From positions 154,189-218,188 of the forward strand of contig JAWLHQ010000002.1 of NCBI GenBank assembly GCA_041690215.1: a DNA stretch of 64,000 bases, given 5' to 3'. The notes under the pieces were generated by a model. That model was given only the letters and a program-made list of their open reading frames with translations, had not been told where the DNA came from and did no database searches. A program made the translations under genes and the position numbers. Shown in pieces: positions 36,188 through 46,291 of the stretch. Origin of the DNA: Rhodothermales bacterium. Lineage in GTDB: Bacteria > Bacteroidota > Rhodothermia > Rhodothermales > DASSAV01. Every line of letters begins with the position of its first letter. The stretch's first letter is position 1.

Positions 36188-37090
36188 TCAACCTGCCTGC
36201 GTGAGCTGGTCCCGGACCTGGATGAGCTGGTTCTTCAGTTCCCGGATACCCTCCAGTTCCCGGCCTTTCGGACCGTACTCGATGCCCGCGTAGCCCCGCC
36301 AACCGGAGTCTACGACAAGCTTCATCATGCGGTAGAGGTCGATGTCGCTCTGGTTGCCCCGGTCGTCCCAGACCTGCGGTTTTACGCTGACCCCTTTCGC
36401 GTAAGGCATCATCTCCGCGACCCCACGGTACGAGTCGTAGCTCTCGTTTTCACTGATCCGGAAGTTCCCGAAATCCGGCAGCGTCCCGACACGCGGATGG
36501 TCTACCAGCTTCATGACGCCGACCACCCATTTTCCGTTGCTGGAGTACCCGCCGTGGTTTTCCACGATCACGCTGATGTCGTGTTGCGCACCGTACTCGA
36601 CGACGCGGCGCAGGCCGTCGGCGACGAGCTTCATCTGCTCGTCGAAGCTACCCTCGCTATAGGCGTTCACCCGGATGGCGTGGCATCCCAGGTACTTCGC
36701 GGCATCGACCCACTTGTAGTGGTTCTCCACGGCCTGCGTGCGGGCCGCTGCATCCGGATCGCCAAGGCGGCCCTCCCGGTCGCACATGATGAGCACGCTC
36801 GTCACGCCCTCTCCTTCGGCGCGGTTCTTCATTTCCCGGAGGTAGGCCATGTCCTTCGCCTTATCGAAGAAGAACTGGTTGACGTACTCGATGGCCTCGA
36901 TACCCAGGCTACGAGCCGTCTTGGCGAAGTCCAGATTGTCCAGTTGGCCGCCGAAGAGCAGCGGGTTGAGCGACCACTGGGCCAGGGAGATAGTGTACAG
37001 CGGTTCGGCAGCAGAATAGGCCATGCGGCTGCCGAGGACAGCCGTTCCGGCGGCAGCGGCCGTCAGCTTGAGGAATTCGCGGCGATGCAT
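36188..37090 (-). CDS. sugar phosphate isomerase/epimerase (xylose isomerase-like TIM barrel) with a Tat signal
   Basis: MHRREFLKLTAAAAGTAVLG twin-arginine signal. The body matches the AP endonuclease 2 / xylose isomerase-like TIM barrel pattern. Confidence 0.8.
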   Translation of the reverse strand: MHRREFLKLTAAAAGTAVLGSRMAYSAAEPLYTISLAQWSLNPLLFGGQLDNLDFAKTARSLGIEAIEYVNQFFFDKAKDMAYLREMKNRAEGEGVTSVLIMCDREGRLGDPDAAARTQAVENHYKWVDAAKYLGCHAIRVNAYSEGSFDEQMKLVADGLRRVVEYGAQHDISVIVENHGGYSSNGKWVVGVMKLVDHPRVGTLPDFGNFRISENESYDSYRGVAEMMPYAKGVSVKPQVWDDRGNQSDIDLYRMMKLVVDSGWRGYAGIEYGPKGRELEGIRELKNQLIQVRDQLTQAG

Positions 37091-37303
37091 ACGTAGGCTC
37101 TCGATTGATGTGAAGGATCGATCTATCCCCCCAAGTCACGGGGATGTCATGGACTTCTCCCCGGACGAAACATCAGCAAATGTGACGTGAACGTGAGGTC
37201 CCGGCGGGGGAAGCCGGTTACGATTCAGGTACCGGTTGAAGAAGTTATCAAAATTCCTCACTTTCTCCATGCATGGCCGCGGCATTTTTCGCTCCTCTGG
37301 AAA

Positions 37304-40162
37304 ATGGACAAGCTTCCAGTTCACCCATCTGCCCTGTACCGTTTGCTCCGCAGGAAACCTGCCGCGGGAGCCGGCTTTCTCTGTCTGGCCGGGCTCGCCG
37401 CACTGCTGCTCTGGCCGGAACCCCGGGTCGACTTCAACAGAGACATCCGCCCCATCCTGAACAACCGCTGTATCGCCTGTCACGGCGGTGTCAAACAGGC
37501 GGGCGGGTTCAGTCTGCTCTTCCGCTCCGATGCGCTGGACACGACGGAATCGGGGAAGTACGCGATCGTTCCGGGCGATCCGGGCAAGAGCGAGTTGATC
37601 CGCCGTATCGTTCACAACGATCCCGATGAGCGGATGCCTCCCAATGCGCACCGGCTGCCGGACCGGGAGATCCAACTGCTCAAGCGATGGATTAAGCAAG
37701 GGGCCGAATGGGAGGATCACTGGGCCTACATCAAGCCACAACCGAAAGCGCTTCCTGAAGTATCGGATCGGGACTGGCCCGCGAATGGGATCGATCACTT
37801 CATCCTGGCCCGGTTGGATCGGGAAGGTCTGAAGCCCGCCCCGGAAGCGGACTGCGCAACACTTGCCCGCCGGGCCAGTCTGGATCTCATCGGCCTCCCT
37901 CCCACGCCGGATGAAGTCGATGCATTCTGCACCGACACCTCACCCGGCGCCTATGAGAAACTGATCGACCGCCTGCTCGCGTCGAACCACTTCGGCGAAC
38001 ACTGGGCCGCCATGTGGCTGGACCTCGCGCGCTATGCCGATACGAAAGGCTACGAGAAAGACGCCCACCGTACGATCTGGAAATACCGCGACTGGGTCAT
38101 CGATGCCTTCAATCGCGACCTGCCCTTCGACCAGTTTACCATCGAACAACTGGCGGGCGACCTCATCCCCGGTGCTACCGACGAGCAGATCCTGGCGACG
38201 GCGTTCCACCGGAACACGACCACCAACGACGAAGGCGGTACGGACAACGAAGAATTCCGTACCGCTGCCGTCCTCGACCGAGTCAACACGACGTGGGAGG
38301 TGTGGCAGGGCACGACGATGGCGTGCGTCCAGTGCCACAGCCATCCGTACGACCCCTTCCGCCACGAAGAGTATTTCCGCTTCCTGGCCTTCTTCAACAA
38401 CACCGCCGATGCTGACTGGGCCGACGAAAACCCACGCATCCCCACCTATGGCCCGGCTGAGCAGAAACAGATAGAGAAAATCCTGGCCTGGCTGGACGAA
38501 CACGGTGCGGGTCCGGATTCCGTCGTTACCGGCTCCCTGTGGGAACGGGTCGAAAAGACCCTGTATCCGAACGAACGGATCGCCGCTTCCTCCTATGACG
38601 CGTTCGAGAATGTCTACTCGGAGAACGAGTTCACCAGCCCGGGACGAGACGGCGCGTTTGCGCGCTACAGCGGCATCGACCTCACCGGCGTCGAGGAGAT
38701 CGCCATCAACCACAGGACGTGGGGAAACGGCGGAGGCATTGACGTCCGCATCGGAGCGCTGGATGGCCCGCGCATCGCTTTCGTGCCGCTCTCCAGACAA
38801 GAGGACGGGCGCGCGGAAGGCGTCGCCCGGGTGCCGATCGAGCCGGTAGAGGGTAAACAGGATCTCTATTTCGTTTTCCGCAGACCGGACGGCGCAAGCT
38901 ACCGGCTGCACTGGTTCGCCTTCAGCCATCGCCGCCCCGATGTTGACCCTGCACTCCGGCAGGCCGTGCGGGAAAAGCTGAACGCGCTCGCCGCGATCCC
39001 CCCGGAGGTAGACACCCCCGTGCTCAAGGAGCTTCCCGCGAGCCGTCGGCGCAAGACACACGTCTTCGAGCGGGGGAACTGGATGGTCAAGGGCGCCGAA
39101 GTACAGCCCGGCGTTCCCGCCTCGCTGCCGCCTCTGCCCGAGGATGCTCCCCCAGACCGTCTGGCCATGGCGAAGTGGATCGCCAGCGAGGAAAATCCGC
39201 TTACCGCCCGTGTCGCGGTGAACCGGTTCTGGGCACAGATCTTCGGGACGGGTATCATCGAAACACCGGAAGACTTCGGCTCGCAGGGAGCGCCGCCCTC
39301 CCATCCCGAGTTGCTGGACTGGCTCGCCCTTCAGTTCATGCATGAGCACGGATGGAGCATCAAGTCGCTCCTGAAGCAGATCGTCATGTCCTCCACGTAC
39401 CGGCAATCTTCACGCGTAACCCCTGAAAAGCTGGAGAAAGATCCCGGCAACCGCCTGCTGGCCCGAGCCCCGCGCGTCCGCCTCTCCGCCGAGCAGGTCC
39501 GGGACCAGGCCCTCGCCGTGAGCGGTCTCCTGAGTGAGAAAATGTACGGCCCCAGCGTGATGCCCCCGCAACCGCCCGGACTCTGGTTATCCCCCTATAA
39601 TAGTGCAGACTGGGTAACCGCCGAAGGCGAGGACCGCTACCGCCGGGCCGTATACACGTACTGGAAACGGACCGCCCCCTATCCGTCCATGGTCGCCTTC
39701 GACAGCCCGACGCGTGACTTCTGCGTTTCCCGGCGCATCCGGACCAACACCCCCCTGCAGGCACTCGTCACCTTGAACGACCCGGTCTACGTCGAGGCCT
39801 CCCAGGCGCTGGCTCGCCGGATGGCCGCTGCAGGCCGACGGCCTGAAGATCGAATCGAAGCGGGCTACCGGATGGCCCTGGCCCGCAAGCCGGATGAACA
39901 GGCGCTCGCCCGGCTCAAGCAGCTTTATGAGGAGTCGGCCACCTACTACGCGAACAACCCGGATAAGCTGAAACCGGCTGTCATGCCCTATATGCCGTAC
40001 GACACCACGTCCACCACGGCGCGCGGCGCAAACCGGGCGGTCGAGGCACTCACCGTGGCTCCAGTTTTTCAGGCTGAGCCGGAAGACAGCGTCGATCTGG
40101 CGGCCCTCACCGTCGTAGCCGGCGCCATCATGAACCTCGACGCCTTCCTGACCCGGGAGTAA
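37304..40162 (+). CDS. PSCyt1 / DUF1549 / DUF1553 (PSD1) domain protein
   Basis: CIACHGG heme motif followed by MPP..... (planctomycete cytochrome c type). DUF1549-like HFGEHWAAMWLDLARYADTKGYEKD. Second CVQCHSHPYDPF. C-terminal DUF1553-like region. The ORF track starts at 37187; I prefer ATG at 37304 (MDKLPV..., then a TM anchor). Confidence 0.85.
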   Translation: MDKLPVHPSALYRLLRRKPAAGAGFLCLAGLAALLLWPEPRVDFNRDIRPILNNRCIACHGGVKQAGGFSLLFRSDALDTTESGKYAIVPGDPGKSELIRRIVHNDPDERMPPNAHRLPDREIQLLKRWIKQGAEWEDHWAYIKPQPKALPEVSDRDWPANGIDHFILARLDREGLKPAPEADCATLARRASLDLIGLPPTPDEVDAFCTDTSPGAYEKLIDRLLASNHFGEHWAAMWLDLARYADTKGYEKDAHRTIWKYRDWVIDAFNRDLPFDQFTIEQLAGDLIPGATDEQILATAFHRNTTTNDEGGTDNEEFRTAAVLDRVNTTWEVWQGTTMACVQCHSHPYDPFRHEEYFRFLAFFNNTADADWADENPRIPTYGPAEQKQIEKILAWLDEHGAGPDSVVTGSLWERVEKTLYPNERIAASSYDAFENVYSENEFTSPGRDGAFARYSGIDLTGVEEIAINHRTWGNGGGIDVRIGALDGPRIAFVPLSRQEDGRAEGVARVPIEPVEGKQDLYFVFRRPDGASYRLHWFAFSHRRPDVDPALRQAVREKLNALAAIPPEVDTPVLKELPASRRRKTHVFERGNWMVKGAEVQPGVPASLPPLPEDAPPDRLAMAKWIASEENPLTARVAVNRFWAQIFGTGIIETPEDFGSQGAPPSHPELLDWLALQFMHEHGWSIKSLLKQIVMSSTYRQSSRVTPEKLEKDPGNRLLARAPRVRLSAEQVRDQALAVSGLLSEKMYGPSVMPPQPPGLWLSPYNSADWVTAEGEDRYRRAVYTYWKRTAPYPSMVAFDSPTRDFCVSRRIRTNTPLQALVTLNDPVYVEASQALARRMAAAGRRPEDRIEAGYRMALARKPDEQALARLKQLYEESATYYANNPDKLKPAVMPYMPYDTTSTTARGANRAVEALTVAPVFQAEPEDSVDLAALTVVAGAIMNLDAFLTRE

Positions 40163-40178
40163 TCAGTCAGTCAAAAAT

Positions 40179-40204
40179 GTCCATTTCGTTACACCCGCGT
40201 TACA
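40179..40204 (+). promoter_or_regulatory. GTCCATTTCGTTACACCCGCGTTACA motif upstream of the DUF1501 gene
   Basis: Contains the 21-nt TTTCGTTACACCCGCGTTACA (40184-40204), identical to the reverse complement of 14952-14972. Also contains the GTCCATTTCGTTACA block shared with 15119-15135. Lies 134-159 nt upstream of the ATG at 40338. Confidence 0.4.
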
Positions 40205-40337
40205 TGCTGCATCGGCAAACCTGTATGACCTATGCATGCTCCGCCGTCCCCCGGGACGCCAGCATAGCGCTTGATACGATGGCGCCTCGTACGCACCACT
40301 TGAACCAATCGGCACTATAGACGCCTGTTATAACGCT

Positions 40338-41801
40338 ATGGACCTCCAGCAAGAAGCCCGGCACGAAGTTCTGCAATACATCACGCGCCGCCACTTCCTT
40401 CGTCAGTCTGTAACCGGTATGGGTGCCATGGCGCTCGCCACCCTCCTTGGCTGCGGCAAGACGCTGGGTAATGCTTCGAATGCGTCAGCTTCGTTACAAG
40501 TACCCCATTTCGCCCCCAAGGCGAAACGCGTCATCTTCCTCCACATGGCGGGCGCGCCTTCCCAATTGGAGTTGTTCGACTACAAACCGGAGCTTGAGAA
40601 GCTGCACGACCAGCTCTGTCCGGACTCGTTGCTGGAAGGCAAACGCTTCGCCTTCATCAAGGGCGTACCGAAAATGCTGGGGCCGCAGGCCCGGTTTGCG
40701 CCGCGTGGGGAATCGGGCATCTACGTGTCGGATTTCTTGCCGCACTTCCACGAGGTCGTGGACAAGGTGACGATCCTCAAGGCCATGTACACGGACCAGT
40801 TCAATCATGCTCCGGCCCAGTTGCTCATGCAGACCGGCTCGCCGCGGCTCGGGAGACCCAGCATGGGTTCCTGGGTCACGTATGGACTGGGCTCGGAGAA
40901 TGAGAACCTGCCCGGTTTCATCGTCCTCCTCTCCGGCGGTAACCAGCCCGATGCGGGCCGGAGCGTGTTCGGCAGCGGCTTCCTGCCTACCGTCTACCAG
41001 GGCGTCCAGTGCCGCTCCCACGGCGATCCCGTCCTCTACGTATCGGATCCCCCCGGAACGGACCGCGACTTCCGCCGCCAGGCCATCCGTGCGATCAACG
41101 ACGTCAACCAGCTCGCCTACGAAGAAACCGGTGACCCGGAGATCCTCTCGCGCATCGCTCAGTACGAGATGGCCTTCCGCATGCAGATCTCCGTACCGGA
41201 GGTCATGGACATCAGCCGGGAGCCCGAGTGGGTCCACGCCATGTACGGCACCGAACCGGGCAAGACGTCCTTCGCGAACAACTGCCTGCTCGCCCGGCGC
41301 CTCGTGGAGAACGGTGTCCGTTTCGTCCAGCTGTTCGACTGGGGCTGGGATATGCACGGCACCGGCCCGGCCGAGTCCGTGGATACCGGCCTGATGGAAC
41401 GCTGCAAGCTGGTGGACCGCCCCATTGCGGCCCTGATCAAGGATCTCGAACAACGGGGATTGCTGGAAGAAACCCTCATCGTGTGGGGAGGCGAGTTCGG
41501 CCGCACGCCGATGCAGGAGAATCGTAACGGCGTGACGAACCCCTTCCTCGGGCGCGACCACCATAGCGAGGCCTTTACCATGTGGATGGCGGGCGGCGGC
41601 ATCAAACAGGGCTTCAGCTTCGGAGAAACGGATGAGATCGGCTATTTCGGCATCAAAGATCGCGTCCACGTCCACGACCTCCAGGCCACCATTCTGCATC
41701 AACTCGGCCTCGACCACGAACGGCTGACCTACCGTTTTCAGGGTCGGGACGCTCGCCTGACGGACGTGAGCGGCCGGGTCGTCAAAGAGATTCTTGCTTG
41801 A
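40338..41801 (+). CDS. DUF1501 domain protein (sulfatase-like fold) with a Tat signal
   Basis: [22 protein letters not shown] Tat signal. Typical DUF1501 blocks ([25 protein letters not shown]). Classic partner of DUF1549/DUF1553 proteins. Confidence 0.85.
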   Translation: MDLQQEARHEVLQYITRRHFLRQSVTGMGAMALATLLGCGKTLGNASNASASLQVPHFAPKAKRVIFLHMAGAPSQLELFDYKPELEKLHDQLCPDSLLEGKRFAFIKGVPKMLGPQARFAPRGESGIYVSDFLPHFHEVVDKVTILKAMYTDQFNHAPAQLLMQTGSPRLGRPSMGSWVTYGLGSENENLPGFIVLLSGGNQPDAGRSVFGSGFLPTVYQGVQCRSHGDPVLYVSDPPGTDRDFRRQAIRAINDVNQLAYEETGDPEILSRIAQYEMAFRMQISVPEVMDISREPEWVHAMYGTEPGKTSFANNCLLARRLVENGVRFVQLFDWGWDMHGTGPAESVDTGLMERCKLVDRPIAALIKDLEQRGLLEETLIVWGGEFGRTPMQENRNGVTNPFLGRDHHSEAFTMWMAGGGIKQGFSFGETDEIGYFGIKDRVHVHDLQATILHQLGLDHERLTYRFQGRDARLTDVSGRVVKEILA

Positions 41802-41871
41802 GTAAGACTGGAAATGAACCGCCAGAACCGGCTTACACCCCTGCACACATGAGCTTCACCTGCAGCAACCC

Positions 41872-43440
41872 ATGAAGTACGCCGATATTCTCAAGCAGCA
41901 CAGGAAACGTTCGTATATGGTTGCGGCTGTTCTCGGGGTTGCCCTGTGCATCCTGGCCGCCCTGGCTGTCGATCCGGAAAACCCGTCCGAGCTGGCCCTG
42001 TTCGTCGGACGGCTGCACCCGCTCGTCGTACACCTGCCCATCGGCTTTCTCATACTTGCAGCCATACTTGAGATGCTGTCCCGTCGCCCCGGCCTGGAGC
42101 GAGTCGCGGCCACCATGCCGTTCGTGCTCGGTCTGGGCGGCGTGAGCGCCATCTTCTCGGTTCTTGCCGGATACCTGCTCGGGGCGAGCGGCGGCTACGG
42201 CGGACCGACTGTGGAATGGCACGAACGACTCGGCATCTGCGTGGCCATCGTGTCGGTCCTGACCTTCGCGTTGTGGTTCGTGCGACAGGCACGCCCCGAA
42301 CCGGCGGTCCAGCGAGCCTATACCGGCCTGCTTTCACTCACCGTAGGCCTGTTACTCGTCGTGGGGCACCTGGGTGGCACACTGACCCACGGGGAGGGCT
42401 ACCTGACGGAATATGCGCCTGCTCCCCTGCGCTATGCGATGGCGCTCCTCCCGGGCGAGAACCGTGAAGAACAGGCATTCTCCCGACCGGGCGACGCGGT
42501 CGTCTACCGGGATCTCATCCATCCCATCCTGGCAACCCACTGCATCTCCTGCCACGGCCCTGACAAACAGAAGGGCGATCTCCGGCTCGATTCCCCCGAG
42601 GCCATCCAGGAGGGTGGTGACTCCGGCCCGGTGCTCGTGGCGGGCAAGGCTTCGAACAGTGAGATCATCAAGCGGATCTGGCTGCCCGCCGACCATGACG
42701 ATGTCATGCCACCGAAAGGCCGCAGGCCCGTGACCGTCGCTGAAGCCGAGTTGCTCCGCTGGTGGATCGACGCGGGCGCCTCATTCGATCAGACCCTGGC
42801 CGACGTCGATGTCCCGGCCAGCGTCCGGCCCACCATAGAGCGCATCACCGGCCCGTTGAACGACGGCATGCCCGCTATCCTGGCCGTCGAAGTCCCTCCC
42901 GCCGATCCGGCCCAGATCGAGAAAGCGCGGAGCGTCGGCCTTACCGTCTCGCCACTCTCGGAGGGCGTCGCCTTCCTGCAGGCCCATGCGACCAACGTCG
43001 CTTCGACGTTCGGCGACGAGCATGTGCAGGCGCTGTTGCCGCTGGCGGACCAGATCACCTGGCTCGACCTGAGCGGCACGCAGATCAGCGACTCCGCTCT
43101 GGCCGTCCTGGCCCGCTTCCCCAACCTGAGCGAACTCGATCTCAGCCGGACGAACATATCCGATGCCGGGCTCAGGCACCTCAGCGACAAGAAGCACCTG
43201 GAATACCTGAATCTCTACGGAACGACCGTAACGGATGCGGGCCTGGCGCATCTGGCAGGCCTGCAGGAGTTGCGCTCCCTGTATCTCTGGCAGACTCGGG
43301 TAACCCCGGACGGGCTGAAACGGCTTCAAGAACAGCTTCCCCGCCTGAAGGCCAGCCTGGGACTGGACCCGGCTGATTTCGACTCTACCATGCAGGCCTA
43401 TGCTGCTCCGGCACAACAGCCGGTCACACAGGCGCCGTAA
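41872..43440 (+). CDS. membrane-anchored c-type cytochrome (DUF2231-like TM domain + PSCyt1 + leucine-rich repeats)
   Basis: HPLVVHLPIGF membrane domain. CISCHGPDKQKGDLRLD heme motif with MPPKG. C-terminal LRRs (LDLSGTQISD...LDLSRTNISDAGLRHL...LNLYGTTVTDAGLAHL). Confidence 0.75.
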   Translation: MKYADILKQHRKRSYMVAAVLGVALCILAALAVDPENPSELALFVGRLHPLVVHLPIGFLILAAILEMLSRRPGLERVAATMPFVLGLGGVSAIFSVLAGYLLGASGGYGGPTVEWHERLGICVAIVSVLTFALWFVRQARPEPAVQRAYTGLLSLTVGLLLVVGHLGGTLTHGEGYLTEYAPAPLRYAMALLPGENREEQAFSRPGDAVVYRDLIHPILATHCISCHGPDKQKGDLRLDSPEAIQEGGDSGPVLVAGKASNSEIIKRIWLPADHDDVMPPKGRRPVTVAEAELLRWWIDAGASFDQTLADVDVPASVRPTIERITGPLNDGMPAILAVEVPPADPAQIEKARSVGLTVSPLSEGVAFLQAHATNVASTFGDEHVQALLPLADQITWLDLSGTQISDSALAVLARFPNLSELDLSRTNISDAGLRHLSDKKHLEYLNLYGTTVTDAGLAHLAGLQELRSLYLWQTRVTPDGLKRLQEQLPRLKASLGLDPADFDSTMQAYAAPAQQPVTQAP

Positions 43441-43468
43441 CCGGCCATTCACCTCATCTCAGAATACC

Positions 43469-44569
43469 ATGTCAACGCCACCCGGCCTTCCTGATGACCC
43501 GTCCCGCAGGGATTTCCTGAAAACCTCGGCTACCCTGCTCGGCGCTGGAGCCGGACTCCTCGCTACGGGCAACTTTGCCTACGCGGGTGGGCATGAGCGC
43601 CCGCCGCTCATCATTGGATCGGGAAAGCACCGCTACGCGGTCGACCACCGGTGGGCCAAGCTCCCGCCGGGGAAACGCTTCGGGTACACACACGGCATCG
43701 TGGAAGACCGCAAGGGCCGCATCTACATCGCTAACCAGAGCCCGGATGCCATCGCAGTATTCGATGCCGACGGCAACTTTCTCACCTCCTGGGGCGCGGC
43801 GTACGAGACCGGAGCGCACGGCCTCACCATCGCCAGAGAGGGGGACGAGGACGTCCTGATTCTCTCCAATACGGGACTTCAGGAGGTCGTCAAAACGACC
43901 CTGGACGGTGAGGTCATCTGGCGCGCAGGAACACCGGACCTCCCCCACATCTACTACGACGACAAGAAATACAGCCCCACCGAGGCAGCGGTCGGTCCGG
44001 ATGGGCGCGTCTACGTAGCCGACGGCTACGGCCAGCACTGGATCCACATGTACGACCGGGATGGGACGTACCTGAGTTCGTTTGGAGGGCCGGGCCGGGA
44101 TGAGAACCACCTGAACCAGCCTCACGGCATCAGCATCGACTACCGCAGCGGTACGCCCGTGGTTCAGATCGCCGACCGCCAGAACGTACGCATCGTCAAT
44201 TTCTCCCTGAACGGCGAATACCTGGAGACGATCATACCCCGCGAGGACCTGCGCTTCCCCTGCACGACCGTGCATTTCGGCGACGATCTCTATGTCCCGG
44301 ATCTTTTCGCCCGCCTCTCTATCTTCGACAAGGACAACAAGAAAATCCTGGACCTGGGCGATTACGTAGACGGCCGGCCGCTGACCTCCTGGGACGACTT
44401 CAAGGACACTTACCCGGATCTGAAGGGGTATCCGAATATCCCGCACGAAAAGCGTATCGACGGGAAGTTCTCCTCACCGCACGGCATGCGTGTGGACCAT
44501 CTCGGCAACATCTACGTCGTCGAGTGGATCAGTGACGGGCGCGTGACCAAGCTTACCCGCCAGTCCTGA
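43469..44569 (+). CDS. NHL-repeat / six-bladed beta-propeller protein with a Tat signal
   Basis: SRRDFLKTSATLLGAGAG Tat signal. Repeated blades (HGIVEDRKGRIYIAN, GPDGRVYVADGYG, PHGISID, PHGMRVDHLGNIYVVEW). The ORF track starts at 43400; I prefer ATG at 43469. Confidence 0.7.
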   Translation: MSTPPGLPDDPSRRDFLKTSATLLGAGAGLLATGNFAYAGGHERPPLIIGSGKHRYAVDHRWAKLPPGKRFGYTHGIVEDRKGRIYIANQSPDAIAVFDADGNFLTSWGAAYETGAHGLTIAREGDEDVLILSNTGLQEVVKTTLDGEVIWRAGTPDLPHIYYDDKKYSPTEAAVGPDGRVYVADGYGQHWIHMYDRDGTYLSSFGGPGRDENHLNQPHGISIDYRSGTPVVQIADRQNVRIVNFSLNGEYLETIIPREDLRFPCTTVHFGDDLYVPDLFARLSIFDKDNKKILDLGDYVDGRPLTSWDDFKDTYPDLKGYPNIPHEKRIDGKFSSPHGMRVDHLGNIYVVEWISDGRVTKLTRQS

Positions 44570-44602
44570 CGTACGCCTCCGACAAAGGGCGCCCTGTACC
44601 GG

Positions 44603-45208
44603 CTATTGAAGTCCGATGATAAACCCGACCGGACCATACCGGGCCGCAAAGCGCCCTACGGCGCGGACCTCACCTTTCTGGACTCCCGCCCCGGGTACCG
44701 GCACGTCTCCGCGCATCAGCGCATCGAACGATCCCTGGATGAGCGAATCGCTAACGACATCGAACGTCAGGGTGCCCTGAACGGAAGCGATATTCAAGAT
44801 GAGCCCTCTACGGTACACGATGTGGTGGGGTGGCTGAGGAGCCGTGGTATCTCCTGCGGCTGGTACCGTCAGGTCGTAGGTGCCCGGCGCCGGCAAAGAC
44901 GTATCACCGAGCGTGATGAACATGCCACCCGTGAAGTCGCTTCCCGCCTCCAGCTCGATGATCCACTTGGTACTGCGGGTAGCGACCTGGAAGACTTCCC
45001 CGAAAACCGCGTCTCCCGTGAGCGTGTCAGACATGGCCCCGGTCAGAATGACCCGGTAATCCTGCGATTCGGCATCTGATTCTCCGACATCGACCTGCAG
45101 GCTGTCAGCATTCTCGGTTCCGGAACCGCCTCCACCACCCGACCACGCTTCACATCCTGCGATGATCAGCAGAACCGTTAGACAGGCGAGACATCGTCGA
45201 ACACTCAT
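44603..45208 (-). CDS. hypothetical lipoprotein
   Basis: Lipobox LLIIAGC after a signal peptide. No recognised domain. Confidence 0.55.
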   Translation of the reverse strand: MSVRRCLACLTVLLIIAGCEAWSGGGGGSGTENADSLQVDVGESDAESQDYRVILTGAMSDTLTGDAVFGEVFQVATRSTKWIIELEAGSDFTGGMFITLGDTSLPAPGTYDLTVPAAGDTTAPQPPHHIVYRRGLILNIASVQGTLTFDVVSDSLIQGSFDALMRGDVPVPGAGVQKGEVRAVGRFAARYGPVGFIIGLQ

Positions 45209-45392
45209 GGTAAGATGGAAGCAGACACCCTTCTAGTATATTCCTGGCCAGTCACTCTGGAATGCATGGAGCACGTCCTGATGCGGCGCACGAATCTATG
45301 AAGAATCGAACGGTGGAGCCGCATCGACGTGCCAAGATCGCACCGATTTTCCCTACATATTCCGGAATTTCCTCATCTCAGACCGCTCATCT

Positions 45393-46268
45393 ATGACGAA
45401 TACGGCTCTCGTCGCCCTGGAATCCACTGTTTTCTGTCACGGCCTCCCCGCCCCCACGAACCTCGAGGTAGCCTTCGCGCTCGAACGAATCGTCCGCAAA
45501 GCGGGCGCCGAGCCGCGTACGATAGGGATCGTGGACGGAGAGCCCATTGCCGGCCTTACGGAAGAACAGATCCGGATGCTGGCCTCCGACGCGCAGGTGC
45601 AGAAAGTAAGCCTGCGAGACCTTCCCGTCGTCGTGGCCCGGCGGCGAAACGGTGCCACGACGGTTGCAACGACGATGTGGATCGCGCATCGTTCCGGGAT
45701 ACGGGTCTTTTCTACAGGAGGAATCGGCGGCGTTCACCGAACCATTAGCCCCTCCACCGCTGGCACCTTCGATATCAGTGCCGATCTCGAGGCACTTGCC
45801 ACCCTGCCGATGGTGGTCGTCTGTTCAGGTGCGAAAAGCATTCTCGATTTGCCCGCCACACGGGAAGTGCTCGAGACGAAAGGCGTAACGGTCGTCGGCT
45901 ATCAGACGGATGAGATGCCGGCCTTCTTCAGTCCCACGAGCGGGCTACCCGTAGATGCCCGGTGCGATACCCCTGCCGATGTTGCGGACGTGGCGCGTGC
46001 CCGGCGCGAACTGGGCCTGCCTGGTGCTGTGCTCGTGACGGTGCCCGTACCGAAGGAAGCCGGTATCCCGAACGCAGAACTGGAGCCGGTCATCGAGACC
46101 GCGCTACGCGACGCCGAGAAAAAGCGCCTGCAGCATGCAGAGGTCACGCCGTTCCTGCTCGCACGTGTGAGCCAGCTTACCGGGCAGCGTTCCCTGCGAG
46201 CCAATGTGGCCCTATTGGAGAACAATGCCCGTATCGCAGCGGAAATAGCGGTAGCCCTCGCCCGTTGA
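45393..46268 (+). CDS. psuG: pseudouridine-5-prime-phosphate glycosidase
   Basis: VALESTVFCHGLP.P.NLE.A...E..VR..GA.P.TIGIVDG....GL and the remaining IndA/PsuG blocks (GGIGGVHR, DISADL.EL). Confidence 0.85.
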   Translation: MTNTALVALESTVFCHGLPAPTNLEVAFALERIVRKAGAEPRTIGIVDGEPIAGLTEEQIRMLASDAQVQKVSLRDLPVVVARRRNGATTVATTMWIAHRSGIRVFSTGGIGGVHRTISPSTAGTFDISADLEALATLPMVVVCSGAKSILDLPATREVLETKGVTVVGYQTDEMPAFFSPTSGLPVDARCDTPADVADVARARRELGLPGAVLVTVPVPKEAGIPNAELEPVIETALRDAEKKRLQHAEVTPFLLARVSQLTGQRSLRANVALLENNARIAAEIAVALAR

Positions 46269-46291
46269 CGCCATCCGAGGTGCCAGCGTGC

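Noticed and set aside
35922-36302. 126-aa minus-strand ORF overlapping the 3-prime end of the isomerase gene and the tandem repeat
   Set aside because: It translates repeat and REP-like elements (VTLSLPKGRFG) and overlaps a well-supported gene.
37940-44446. Long antisense ORFs 37940-39406 (488 aa), 40494-41846 (450 aa) and 43472-44446 (324 aa)
   Set aside because: Each lies opposite a gene with clear domain motifs (DUF1549/1553, DUF1501, NHL) and has the Val/Gly/Arg/Asp bias of high-GC antisense frames.
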